Shown: positions 18,770 to 28,099, numbered from the stretch's first letter. The stretch: 37,213 bases of DNA from a virus (IMGVR_UViG_3300025392_000640:1-37213), one strand, 5' to 3'. The notes: a model not told the origin generated them from the sequence alone. Numbers and translations: made by a program.

Positions 18770-18788
18770 TTCGCACCTTTTTTATTTT
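18756..18788 (+). terminator. Intrinsic terminator in the receptor 5' leader (attenuator candidate)
   Basis: AAGGTGTGGA-GTAA-TTCGCACCTT followed by a T-run, 30 nt before the ATG at 18819. Confidence 0.7.
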
Positions 18789-18818
18789 AACAATTAAACA
18801 AACAAAACAAAAAACAGT

Positions 18819-21800
18819 ATGAAAAATCTGAAAAAACTATTGTTACTTACGATGATGTTCGCATTATCTTTTGTAGCAAAAGCGCAGGAAACTACATCTG
18901 AAATTCAAGGAAATGTTTTGGCAAGTAAACACGGATTAGCAGGTGCTACAATCACAGCTATCCATTTACCTTCTGGTACGAAGTATGTAACAACATCTCG
19001 TGCTGATGGTAGATATAACTTACCAAACCTTAAAATTGGAGGACCTTATGTAGTAACGGTATCTTATGTGGGATATAAATCCGAAGCACAAAGTGATATC
19101 TCATTAGTATTAGGACAAACTTTTAAAGCAAATTTTGTATTAGATGACAAAGTTACAAATTTAAAAGAAGTGGTTGTAACATCTACCAAACAAGACAAAG
19201 TGATGAACAATGGTAGAACTGGTTCGCAAGACGTATTTAATAGAACACAAATTACAGGATTACCAACTGTATCTCGTTCTTACAAAGATGTATTGAAATT
19301 AGTTCCTACTAACAATAACTTTTCTTTTGGTGGTATGAGTTCACAATTGAATAATATCACAATAGATGGAGCTAACTTTAATAACTCCTTCGGATTAGCA
19401 AGTGATATTGGTGGACAAACGGGAGCACAAGCTATCTCTTTAGACGCTATTGAACAATTGCAAGTAAACACTTCACCTTTCGATGTTAGACAAGGTGGTT
19501 TTGCAGGTGCAGCAGTTAATTCAGTAACTAGAAGTGGTAACAATCAGGGATTTGGTTCAGTTTATCAATACTTTAAAAGTAAAGATTTACAGGGATACAA
19601 TGTTAATGGTGTTGTAGTACCTAAGCAAGATTACAATTATGATTTGAAAGGTTTCACAGTTGGTGGAGCAATAATCAAAAATAAATTGTTCTACTTTGTA
19701 AATGGTGAGCAAGAGAGTAAAACAACTCCGGGTACATTATTTGTAGCTAACGATGCTACTCACACAGCAAATGGTACAACAGTATCTAATGCATCAGCAG
19801 CTCAGTTAGACCAATTGGCTCAATTCTTAAAAGATAAATACGGATATGACCCTGGTCCTTATCAAGGTTATTCTTACAAATCTCAATCTAAGAGATTAAC
19901 AACAAAGATTGATTGGAACATTAACGATGCAAACAAATTTACTTTAAAGTATAATATGTTGCGTTCTTCATCCGATATCCCACCATCTAATAGTGGTTCG
20001 GTTAATAGTTCATATGGTAGAACAGCAGGTCAATACGCAATGCCTTTCTATGGTGCTGGTTATCAAATCTATAACAACGCAGATGTATTTACCGCAGAAT
20101 TGAATACTAAATTCTCTAATTCAATCAGTAACAAATTCCAATTAGGATATACAATGTTGAGAGATTATAGAAATCCTTTGACTTCTAAACCTTTCCCATT
20201 AGTTGATATCTTAGATGGTAACGGACAACCTTTTACATCTTTTGGATATGAGCAATACACTTATGGTAACAAATTGAATACCGATATTTACCAATTGAAT
20301 GATATCCTTTCTATTTACAAAGGAGCACATGAAATTACATTAGGTACTCAATCTTCTTACAAAGAATATAAGAATGGTTTCTCTCCATCTTACGAAGGTG
20401 TTTATCGTTTTAATAGCTTAGCTGATTTTTACGCATCTGTGGCAGGAACTAAAGCAGCAGCTAGATACGATTTATCATACACTTTAGGTAGTGGTGATTT
20501 CCCATTAGTAGGACCAAAAGATTTAGAATTAGGTTTCTTCATTCAGGACAAATATAGAGCAACTGATAAATTAACTCTTACTTATGGTTTAAGAGCTGAT
20601 TACACTAAGTTCTCTAATACATTCCTTTACAATCCAGTAGTAGATACATTAACTCGTTTCTACAATGGTATTCATGCTAACACAGGTGTAGCACCTAACA
20701 CAGCAATTCAATTATCACCAAGAGCTGGTTTCAACTATGATGTATTTGGTGACCAAACATTGCAAGTGAGAGGTGGTACTGGTTTATTCGCAGGCCCTCC
20801 ACCATTTGTTTGGATTTCTAACCAAGCTTCTAATAGTGGTATGGCATTGTTCGGAAGTATTTCTAACGGACAAGGTTATATGTTTAACCCAGACCCTAAC
20901 GCTTATAGACCAACAGCTACTGGTACTTTAAGTAAATCTTACTCAATCAATGTAACTGACCCTAACTATAAATTCCCTCAGGTTTGGAAATCAACTTTAG
21001 CAGTTGATAAGAAATTAGAAGGTGGATTCATCGTAACTGCGGAAGGTACTTATAGTAAGAATATTAACGCTTCAGTATTTGAAAACATCGCTTTACCTTC
21101 AACTGGTTTAATTACCTTATCTGATGGTAGAGTTCGTTTCCCTTATACTTCCGTTTACCCACAACCTGGTATTGTAAACTCAGCTAACAATCCATCAATT
21201 GGTAACGCTATTTATATGACTAACGCAAATGTTGGTTATGTATGGACAGGTACTTTACAAATTCAAAAAGTATCTAAGAACTTAGTAACTACATTAGCTT
21301 ACACTAGACAAGTTGCTAAAGATGCTACAATCAATGGTTCTACTGCATCAACAATGTGGGGAGCTAAGCCGGTTGTAGGTAATTCAAATGATTTCCAAGT
21401 TGGTTATTCTAACAACTATTTACCTCATAGAATCATAGGTTCTGTTGTATATGGTAAAGAATTTGTTAAACATACAAAGACTTCAGTTGGTTTAATCTAC
21501 GAAGCATCTCCTAACAATGTTCAATCTTCATTATCGTACATTTACAATGGTGACTTGAACAATGATGGTTATTCAAATGATTTAATGTTCATCCCTAAAG
21601 ATGCATCTCAAATCAAATTAACTAACGCAGCACCTGTAAGTGGTGTGGCTGATAATAGAACACAAGCTCAATTATGGCAACAATTAGATGCTTTCATTTC
21701 TAACAACCCTTATTTATCTAAACATAGAGGAGAGTTTGCAGAAAGACAAGCATTAGTATTACCTTGGACTCATAGAGTTGATTTAAACTTCACACAAGAT

Positions 21801-22082
21801 GTTTATTTTGTAACTAAAGGAAACAAACATACATTGAGATTTACAGCAGATATCTACAACTTAACAAACTTAATAAGCAACCAATTAGGTGTTTACAAAA
21901 TACCTACAACAACTGCTCCTTTAACTTTTGTTAAATTGGATACTGATGGTAAGACTCCAATCTTCTCATTCCCTTATTTAGATGGTAAGAATCAAGTTCC
22001 TTACACTAACTCATTTAAAGATGATGTAAGTGCTGCATCTCGTTTCCAAATACAATTGGGAGTTAGATATTTATTTAACTAA
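18819..22082 (+). CDS. TonB-dependent outer-membrane receptor (Oar-like, N-terminal carboxypeptidase-regulatory-like domain)
   Basis: Signal peptide, LPNLKIGGPY domain, plug motifs (ITIDGANFNNSFG, DVRQGGFAGAAVNSVTRSG), SPRAGFNYD, C-terminal QLGVRYLFN; 1087 aa, uninterrupted. Confidence 0.93.
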   Translation: MKNLKKLLLLTMMFALSFVAKAQETTSEIQGNVLASKHGLAGATITAIHLPSGTKYVTTSRADGRYNLPNLKIGGPYVVTVSYVGYKSEAQSDISLVLGQTFKANFVLDDKVTNLKEVVVTSTKQDKVMNNGRTGSQDVFNRTQITGLPTVSRSYKDVLKLVPTNNNFSFGGMSSQLNNITIDGANFNNSFGLASDIGGQTGAQAISLDAIEQLQVNTSPFDVRQGGFAGAAVNSVTRSGNNQGFGSVYQYFKSKDLQGYNVNGVVVPKQDYNYDLKGFTVGGAIIKNKLFYFVNGEQESKTTPGTLFVANDATHTANGTTVSNASAAQLDQLAQFLKDKYGYDPGPYQGYSYKSQSKRLTTKIDWNINDANKFTLKYNMLRSSSDIPPSNSGSVNSSYGRTAGQYAMPFYGAGYQIYNNADVFTAELNTKFSNSISNKFQLGYTMLRDYRNPLTSKPFPLVDILDGNGQPFTSFGYEQYTYGNKLNTDIYQLNDILSIYKGAHEITLGTQSSYKEYKNGFSPSYEGVYRFNSLADFYASVAGTKAAARYDLSYTLGSGDFPLVGPKDLELGFFIQDKYRATDKLTLTYGLRADYTKFSNTFLYNPVVDTLTRFYNGIHANTGVAPNTAIQLSPRAGFNYDVFGDQTLQVRGGTGLFAGPPPFVWISNQASNSGMALFGSISNGQGYMFNPDPNAYRPTATGTLSKSYSINVTDPNYKFPQVWKSTLAVDKKLEGGFIVTAEGTYSKNINASVFENIALPSTGLITLSDGRVRFPYTSVYPQPGIVNSANNPSIGNAIYMTNANVGYVWTGTLQIQKVSKNLVTTLAYTRQVAKDATINGSTASTMWGAKPVVGNSNDFQVGYSNNYLPHRIIGSVVYGKEFVKHTKTSVGLIYEASPNNVQSSLSYIYNGDLNNDGYSNDLMFIPKDASQIKLTNAAPVSGVADNRTQAQLWQQLDAFISNNPYLSKHRGEFAERQALVLPWTHRVDLNFTQDVYFVTKGNKHTLRFTADIYNLTNLISNQLGVYKIPTTTAPLTFVKLDTDGKTPIFSFPYLDGKNQVPYTNSFKDDVSAASRFQIQLGVRYLFN

Positions 22083-22115
22083 TTCATACGCCAATATGAA
22101 TTGCCACTCATGGGC

Positions 22116-22146
22116 AAAACCCTCAACGAAAGTTGGGGGTTTTTTA
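22116..22146 (+). terminator. Rho-independent terminator after the receptor gene
   Basis: AAAACCCTCAAC-GAAA-GTTGGGGGTTTT followed by Ts. Confidence 0.85.
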
Positions 22147-22281
22147 TTGCTTTTATTTTTTTCTATATATTTATATATGAAACCTTGTGGTTAATCCTTT
22201 AGTGTTCTTAGAAACATTTGAGTTGAAAATAAAACCCTCAACGAATAAAGGCTTAAATAAACAAACAAAAACAAGACAATT

Positions 22282-23106
22282 ATGTACAACATTACAAACA
22301 TGTGGTCTGCTTTAAAAAGACCAGAAGCCTTCATTACAAAAGGCAAAAAAAGAATCAAACAATTTGATGGACAAGTATATCTCTCCGATGGGGATGAATA
22401 CGAAATTGAGCTATTCAATACTACACAAGACGTATTATTAGCAAAAATTAAAATAGATGGGGATTATATTGCCGGCGGTGGTATAGTTCTTAGAAGGGGT
22501 GAAAGAGTGTTTTTAGAACGCTTTTTAGACTCGCCTAACAAGTTTAAATACTCAACCTATGTAGTTAATGGAAACAATACAGAGGTTCAGGATGCGATTA
22601 GAAATAACGGATATGTGGAAATTGAGTTCTATTCAGAATATATACCAAACATCCCAAATAGAACCATTTATACAGGTCCTAATTACACATACTCAAGCGG
22701 TACATTTAATATAAGTCCAGTAACATTTACTACAAGTGGTGTTAATAGTGTTAATATGAATTTAACATCAGGTACTACAAGCACATCAACCGCATATTAT
22801 AATGCTAGTTTAGCTTCAACAAATACTTTTACAGGTCCTAATGTTAGAACATTTGCATCCCCTTTGAGAAGTAATAAGATTGAAACAGGAACAACTGAAA
22901 TGGGTAGTAGTTCTGACCAAACATTCCAACATACAAACAAAACTTTCAGTGAGTTTTCTTTTTGGAATGTGGCTTGGCAAATTCTACCATTATCACAAAA
23001 ACAATATACAGCAGAAGAAGTAGGTACTAACTATTGTGTAAATTGTGGAGCTAAAAGAAAGAAATCATCTTTTAAGTTCTGCCCACAATGCGGAACTAAA
23101 TTCTAA
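22282..23106 (+). CDS. Hypothetical phage protein with C-terminal zinc ribbon
   Basis: CVNCG...CPQCG at the C-terminus; ATATTTAT at 22167-22174 upstream. Confidence 0.75.
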   Translation: MYNITNMWSALKRPEAFITKGKKRIKQFDGQVYLSDGDEYEIELFNTTQDVLLAKIKIDGDYIAGGGIVLRRGERVFLERFLDSPNKFKYSTYVVNGNNTEVQDAIRNNGYVEIEFYSEYIPNIPNRTIYTGPNYTYSSGTFNISPVTFTTSGVNSVNMNLTSGTTSTSTAYYNASLASTNTFTGPNVRTFASPLRSNKIETGTTEMGSSSDQTFQHTNKTFSEFSFWNVAWQILPLSQKQYTAEEVGTNYCVNCGAKRKKSSFKFCPQCGTKF

Positions 23107-23133
23107 TAAGTTATAATAAATCACAAGGTATTC

Positions 23134-23174
23134 AAAAGAAAAAGGGAAGTGTAATTACTTCCCTTTCTTTTTTT
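23134..23174. terminator. Bidirectional terminator between convergent genes
   Basis: AAAGGGAAGT/ACTTCCCTTT stem flanked by A-rich and T-rich runs. Confidence 0.85.
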
Positions 23175-23502
23175 AGTTATTTAAATGTTCTTCCAATAAT
23201 TTATGTAATTGAGTTTTTTCTTTTTCTTTGTAGATTATTTTCTCTCTTTCAATAAATTCAGGTCTTAATCTCTGAAAATCTGCTTTGTTAAAAATAACAA
23301 TTACCTTATCACCTTTTACGATAACTCTTTCAGGCTTTGGATGGAATGGAAAATGATGTGGACCAAATTCAGGTCTTTGATGGAACTCACCTCTCATTTC
23401 ATTTCTTCTTTCAAATTGAGGTCTTTCCCTTTGTTCAGGTTGTTGTGAGAATGCAGCGATAGATGTAATCATCAATAACGATGCGAATAGTATTTTTTTC
23501 AT
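23173..23502 (-). CDS. Secreted hypothetical protein
   Basis: Start moved to MKKILFASLL (signal peptide ending AFS|Q); GTATTTAT motif just upstream. Confidence 0.65.
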   Translation of the reverse strand: MKKILFASLLMITSIAAFSQQPEQRERPQFERRNEMRGEFHQRPEFGPHHFPFHPKPERVIVKGDKVIVIFNKADFQRLRPEFIEREKIIYKEKEKTQLHKLLEEHLNN

Positions 23503-23581
23503 ATCGGTTTGTTTTATATAAATACCTTTATGAAATAAGAATGAAAACACAAATTCCCCTATTTTAAACCGCTTGTGTAAA

Positions 23582-24307
23582 TTATATGTTTGGATTTAAA
23601 TAAATAGGATTCTCATAATTTAACTCATCATAATCACCAGCGTTAATTGGGTCATAAGAAGAATCCTCATCCGAAATATCTAATATCTTTGGGTCTAACA
23701 TTGATTCACCACTCTTACCTATATCAGTAGAAAGATTTTTTATAGCTTGACCTTTGTAATCATAACCTACACCTCTAGAAGATTCATATCCCGTAAATTC
23801 TTTTAATACTGATTCATTTGATGCCAATTTTTCTTTAGCAAATTTATTAAAATCAGAAGAACGCATGAATGTTTTTAATTCATCCATAACTATATTTAAT
23901 TCATTTTGCTGAATCTTATAATTTTTTACTAAATTAGTAACTGATGGTGATTTCATTAATTTATCAGTTATTTCTTTAACTTCCGAATAATTCAATCCTT
24001 TATCTCCTTTATGTATAGAATTTAATATATTTGCGAAATCTTTAGTAACTTCTTTACTTTTATGCAATTCAGTTACAAATCTTCCAACTCTTGATAAGTT
24101 GAATTTTATATCATCATAAGTTTTACCTAACTTAGATGCTATATCTTTCATTACATTTTTAAATCCTCTTTCTGCAATATATTTTAAAGTAAATATAGTA
24201 AGTGGTAACATAACAGAAGCAAGAATACTTTCTTTTATGTTTTTCTTTTTAACTGGTTTAAATTCAGAATCCCAGTTCTCACTCATTATATTTTTTAAAC
24301 TAATCAT
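23582..24307 (-). CDS. Hypothetical protein (possible virion-associated)
   Basis: 241-aa ORF; N-terminus MISLKNIMSE. Confidence 0.7.
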   Translation of the reverse strand: MISLKNIMSENWDSEFKPVKKKNIKESILASVMLPLTIFTLKYIAERGFKNVMKDIASKLGKTYDDIKFNLSRVGRFVTELHKSKEVTKDFANILNSIHKGDKGLNYSEVKEITDKLMKSPSVTNLVKNYKIQQNELNIVMDELKTFMRSSDFNKFAKEKLASNESVLKEFTGYESSRGVGYDYKGQAIKNLSTDIGKSGESMLDPKILDISDEDSSYDPINAGDYDELNYENPIYLNPNI

Positions 24308-24621
24308 TAGAACGCTGAATCTACTTGTTTAGCTGCATCAGCTCCGTATTTAGATTTAACTTTATCCACCAATCCTTTTAATATATTTTCTCTATATTTA
24401 GAAATTTCGGATGGCATTGAACCTTCTACATTATGTATTTGTTGAACGGCTTGTAATAATTTAACAGCCTTTGTATCGTGTAAGAATGTAGCCAATTCTA
24501 AAACCGAACCAGTATGGTCGTTTCTATCAGTTAATTTAGCTATCTTATCAACTATTGGTTGAATATCTAAAGATTCATTTACTTTAGGTTTTCCTGTTAC
24601 AATACCCATCATTTTAATCAT
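24307..24621 (-). CDS. Hypothetical protein
   Basis: 104-aa ORF; ATATTTAT 20 nt upstream. Confidence 0.7.
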   Translation of the reverse strand: MIKMMGIVTGKPKVNESLDIQPIVDKIAKLTDRNDHTGSVLELATFLHDTKAVKLLQAVQQIHNVEGSMPSEISKYRENILKGLVDKVKSKYGADAAKQVDSAF

Positions 24622-24650
24622 ACTATAAAGTTTTACCCCTATAAATATAA

Positions 24651-24923
24651 TTATTTCAGTTTATCGTATCTTTCCCTATTTCTTTTACTTTCAAACTCGA
24701 TTTCCACTGCAACCCATTTACCACGTGGACAAGCTCCTATCTTTGGTGAATAAATCTTTTTACTTAATACACAACCACATTCTCCGCAATGGATATATGG
24801 TTTATCTTTCTTAGAATCACAAGTATCGCATATTTCCATACGCTTAATTGCCAATCCACTTTCTAAATCATTTGGATTATAGGATATCTTCCAAGCTTTG
24901 AAAATTTCTTGAATTTTGTTCAT
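24651..24923 (-). CDS. Small Cys-rich (zinc-binding) protein
   Basis: CDTC...CGECGC...CPRGKW. Confidence 0.7.
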   Translation of the reverse strand: MNKIQEIFKAWKISYNPNDLESGLAIKRMEICDTCDSKKDKPYIHCGECGCVLSKKIYSPKIGACPRGKWVAVEIEFESKRNRERYDKLK

Positions 24924-24943
24924 ATAACATTACTTTCATATAA

Positions 24944-25255
24944 CTATAATGAGTTTAAATAATGTACTAAAGATTCTCCAAATAATTCCATATCTTCTAA
25001 TGTAGCTCTATAAACAATATCTTGTATTATATTACCATTTCCTTTACCATCTTCTACCAATGATATATCGTATATTATTTCATTGAAATCATCATCCATT
25101 TTAGGTTCTCTCATAATAATTAATGTTACACTTTGTCTACTGTTTATATTCCATACTTGCATAGCATAACACTCGTTGAGTTCTTCCATTTTACCAACTT
25201 GCCAATCTCCAAAATATTGGTTTCTAATTTTTTTATAATTCTTTATTACTAACAT
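24944..25255 (-). CDS. MLTIKN-family paralog
   Basis: MLVIKNYKKI...GDWQV...YAMQV...IMR...YDI. Confidence 0.8.
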   Translation of the reverse strand: MLVIKNYKKIRNQYFGDWQVGKMEELNECYAMQVWNINSRQSVTLIIMREPKMDDDFNEIIYDISLVEDGKGNGNIIQDIVYRATLEDMELFGESLVHYLNSL

Positions 25256-25256
25256 A

Positions 25257-25562
25257 TTATTGTCCTACTTCTATATGATGTCTAGTTATCACATCAATTA
25301 TTGCTTCATAAACTGCATTAACATCTTTTAATTCCCTCTTACTTAACCAATAAGATGCCTCACCACATAACATTAAATATTCGTTCCTATGTACATGATT
25401 TGGTTGTGGTGGAGTTACTCTACTTAATGTAATTACATAACTTCCACCAGTAGGTAAATGCGGATAATAGTAATTTATTATGTAATGAGTATCTTCCTCA
25501 ACTATCTTCAATTCACTTCTAAAAGATTTAATAAGTTTGCCCCAATTTTTTATTGTTATCAT
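25257..25562 (-). CDS. MLTIKN-family paralog
   Basis: MITIKNWGKL...YIINY...TLSR...YLM...ELKD. Confidence 0.78.
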   Translation of the reverse strand: MITIKNWGKLIKSFRSELKIVEEDTHYIINYYYPHLPTGGSYVITLSRVTPPQPNHVHRNEYLMLCGEASYWLSKRELKDVNAVYEAIIDVITRHHIEVGQ

Positions 25563-25571
25563 AATTTATAA

Positions 25572-25877
25572 TTAAAAAGGTAATCCATACTCATCATCAA
25601 TAATAGATTCTATTAAATTATAGAACCCACTTTTATTGAAATGGTAAGTAGGTAAATGAACAGATTTTCTCCACTGGCCTTTCATATCTTGAATGAATAC
25701 TTCATGATAACCATCATCACTAACTTCTCTATTTATTAAAACATATACTCTCTTTCCTTCCTTTCTATGTTCAAACTCAAAGGAATAAAATCCTTCATCT
25801 TCCAAAGCATACTTCATATCCCAATTATAGAATACACCAGTATTCATATCACCACCATAATTCTTTATTGTTAGCAT
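25572..25877 (-). CDS. MLTIKN-family paralog
   Basis: MLTIKNY...NWDM...YSFEF...LINR...YHEV. Confidence 0.8.
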   Translation of the reverse strand: MLTIKNYGGDMNTGVFYNWDMKYALEDEGFYSFEFEHRKEGKRVYVLINREVSDDGYHEVFIQDMKGQWRKSVHLPTYHFNKSGFYNLIESIIDDEYGLPF

Positions 25878-26206
25878 TAGAAATATATTTTTCTTATTGA
25901 ATAAAATTGTCCGTTATCTGATGTAAATGTATTTATCAAATAAGTTTCAGCTTCACTCATCGTTTCAAATTTCATTATTTGTTCTGGGTTTACTTTATTT
26001 CCATAATCAACTAATACTGTTTCACTTTGAGTATCTATAACTTCTATTTGAGGTAAGTTTGGATTATAGTTGTAATTTTGATTAATTGTAATTGCATGTT
26101 TAGTTCCTATACTCTTTGTATGATAGTTCCTATCTTTCATCCAACCAATTCCTTTAAGTAACCATTCGTTATTTGAACACTCATATATTGCGTAATATCC
26201 TTTCAT
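25877..26206 (-). CDS. Hypothetical protein (not an array-family member)
   Basis: 109-aa ORF lacking the family N-terminus. Confidence 0.7.
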   Translation of the reverse strand: MKGYYAIYECSNNEWLLKGIGWMKDRNYHTKSIGTKHAITINQNYNYNPNLPQIEVIDTQSETVLVDYGNKVNPEQIMKFETMSEAETYLINTFTSDNGQFYSIRKIYF

Positions 26207-26745
26207 TATTTTGAATTAAGTTTATCCATTTGTTCTTGTAAATCTTTTAATGCTTGTAGTGAAGCCCTTTGTATATTTGTTAAAGGTATTGATACTGAAC
26301 CACTCTTAGGTAACGTACCAATTCCATTTTGAGGTGCTATACTATATGTAACAGCTGTACCTGCATGATGGACTCTACTAATAATTCCTATACTACCACT
26401 ATTAATATTTCTAGTTACGTTCTTTACATAAGATTGTCTTTGTTCTAAAATATCATCAACCAACATTTCATACTCTGCTATAAATTTTTGTAAACTATCA
26501 ATATTAGTTTTTGTTAAATGTGATTTAGCTAATAGGTCTTGAGTTGCATTATCCCTAATACGAAATGCAATTACACCTTTAACTGCGGTTGCTATTAATT
26601 CAATATCCCACTTTGGCATTGTGTGTGTGTTTATGTTTATTATAGTTGCATAATAAACTTCTTCACTTGCATTGTGTATCGGATTAACAATTGAATAACC
26701 TTTGTAAGTCCAACCTGATATTTTATCCCATCCTTTTATTTTCAT
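26206..26745 (-). CDS. MLTIKN-family paralog with C-terminal extension
   Basis: MKIKGWDKISG...GYSI...YYATI, plus about 75 extra residues. Confidence 0.65.
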   Translation of the reverse strand: MKIKGWDKISGWTYKGYSIVNPIHNASEEVYYATIININTHTMPKWDIELIATAVKGVIAFRIRDNATQDLLAKSHLTKTNIDSLQKFIAEYEMLVDDILEQRQSYVKNVTRNINSGSIGIISRVHHAGTAVTYSIAPQNGIGTLPKSGSVSIPLTNIQRASLQALKDLQEQMDKLNSK

Positions 26746-26764
26746 TACGAAATTGTTTTATCAG

Positions 26765-26796
26765 TAAAGGTACGAAATTTTCCGCACTTTACCAAA
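26765..26796 (-). promoter_or_regulatory. Internal primary-sigma promoter within the paralog array
   Basis: TTTG-N20-TACCTTTA, 20 nt upstream of 26745. Confidence 0.7.
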
Positions 26797-26797
26797 T

Positions 26798-27103
26798 TTA
26801 TAAATGTCTCTTAAGTGCCAGCCCAAATGTTTCCATTACATTCTTCCAATCACTAAACCAATCAGCAGATATTTCATGCTGACCACATCTCTGATAATTT
26901 AAACGATAAAACCATTTGTTATCTATCTTATTATAATGTCCAATCTTACTTACTTCAACCCAATGAATTAAAGAAGAAACTTTATCATCATCAAATTGAA
27001 AACGATAATTAGTTTCAGTTTCGTGGACTTGTAGACACTGAAATCTTCCATCCCAAAATTCACAACCAACAATTCTATCTGCGTTTTTTATTTTTAATAT
27101 CAT
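26798..27103 (-). CDS. MLTIKN-family paralog
   Basis: MILKIKNADRIVG...GRFQ...YRFQF...ADWFSD. Confidence 0.78.
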   Translation of the reverse strand: MILKIKNADRIVGCEFWDGRFQCLQVHETETNYRFQFDDDKVSSLIHWVEVSKIGHYNKIDNKWFYRLNYQRCGQHEISADWFSDWKNVMETFGLALKRHL

Positions 27104-27104
27104 C

Positions 27105-27446
27105 TTAGAATGAATTTAATTTTTTATTTAAAACTATTAAAGCCATATTAAACACAATACTTTCTTTTAAATGATTTAACTCCAATGCTTCTTCATATAA
27201 AATATTTGTGTATGAATTATAACATATACTAACCGAATACCTTCCACTTTCGTTTGGATTTCTAGCTATCATAATTGCGGCACTTGCTATCTTAGTACCT
27301 CTGATATCGTGATAGATGGGAGTTAATTTTAGTACATAACAATCAGTATCAATTACTTTATTGAATTGTTCTTTAACTTTTGATACTTTATAAGTACTAC
27401 CAACCATCTTACCTTTAACTAAATCTATATTTGCTATTGTCAACAT
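27105..27446 (-). CDS. MLTIKN-family paralog
   Basis: MLTIANIDLVKG...GSTYKV...YVLKL...MIAR...YSVSI. Confidence 0.8.
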   Translation of the reverse strand: MLTIANIDLVKGKMVGSTYKVSKVKEQFNKVIDTDCYVLKLTPIYHDIRGTKIASAAIMIARNPNESGRYSVSICYNSYTNILYEEALELNHLKESIVFNMALIVLNKKLNSF

Positions 27447-28099
27447 TATACATCAAATTTATCTGGAAATTCATAAACTACTTTATCCAATAGTAATTGT
27501 GGGTCTTTACATACACTAACATCCAAGCGTGCTACTCTACCTTTACAAAATACACTAACTTGGTGAGAGTCCCACATAATATCATAGATACAAAATGTAA
27601 TAGTATGATGTGTACTTCTACTTTCTAAAACACATTCATATCCACTTCCAGTATGCATAGCTTGTACAACAAACCAACTTCTACCCAATACATCTACCTT
27701 AAACCCAGTTATTCTATCCCAATTTTGTATTGTTAGGGGTTTACCTATATGACTAATTGGTGGTGGTACATTTAATGAGGATGTACTAAATGCTTTTGGG
27801 TATGGTTTCATAGCTGTTAATCTTCCATAACTACCAGCGTACGCTATTCTAGCAGCCGGTGGTGGTGCTGATGTTGCAAATAATGGTGATTGTTTAGCTT
27901 TCTTCTTCTCACCAAATAATTGTTTCCATCCCCATCCCATTGGTGTATCATCCCAAAGATGTTTTCTTAGATTTAAGTTTTTAAACCAATCTTCATTGTA
28001 ATTAACTTTTATATATGATACTAACCAATATAGTAAAGCAGCACCACCAATGGTAATTAACAAGAAGAGAGCAAATCCAATTATCGAATCGTATTTCAT
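27446..28099 (-). CDS. TM anchor plus Pro/Ala linker fused to an MLTIKN-family domain
   Basis: N-terminal TM helix; internal PLTIQNWDRITG begins the family domain. Confidence 0.75.
   Translation of the reverse strand: MKYDSIIGFALFLLITIGGAALLYWLVSYIKVNYNEDWFKNLNLRKHLWDDTPMGWGWKQLFGEKKKAKQSPLFATSAPPPAARIAYAGSYGRLTAMKPYPKAFSTSSLNVPPPISHIGKPLTIQNWDRITGFKVDVLGRSWFVVQAMHTGSGYECVLESRSTHHTITFCIYDIMWDSHQVSVFCKGRVARLDVSVCKDPQLLLDKVVYEFPDKFDV

Noticed and set aside
18819-22082. Window is a host chromosome segment because it contains a TonB-dependent receptor
   Set aside because: The flanking genes are a phage-typical mix with no housekeeping operons and share the same promoter grammar. This cannot be fully excluded without the rest of the contig.
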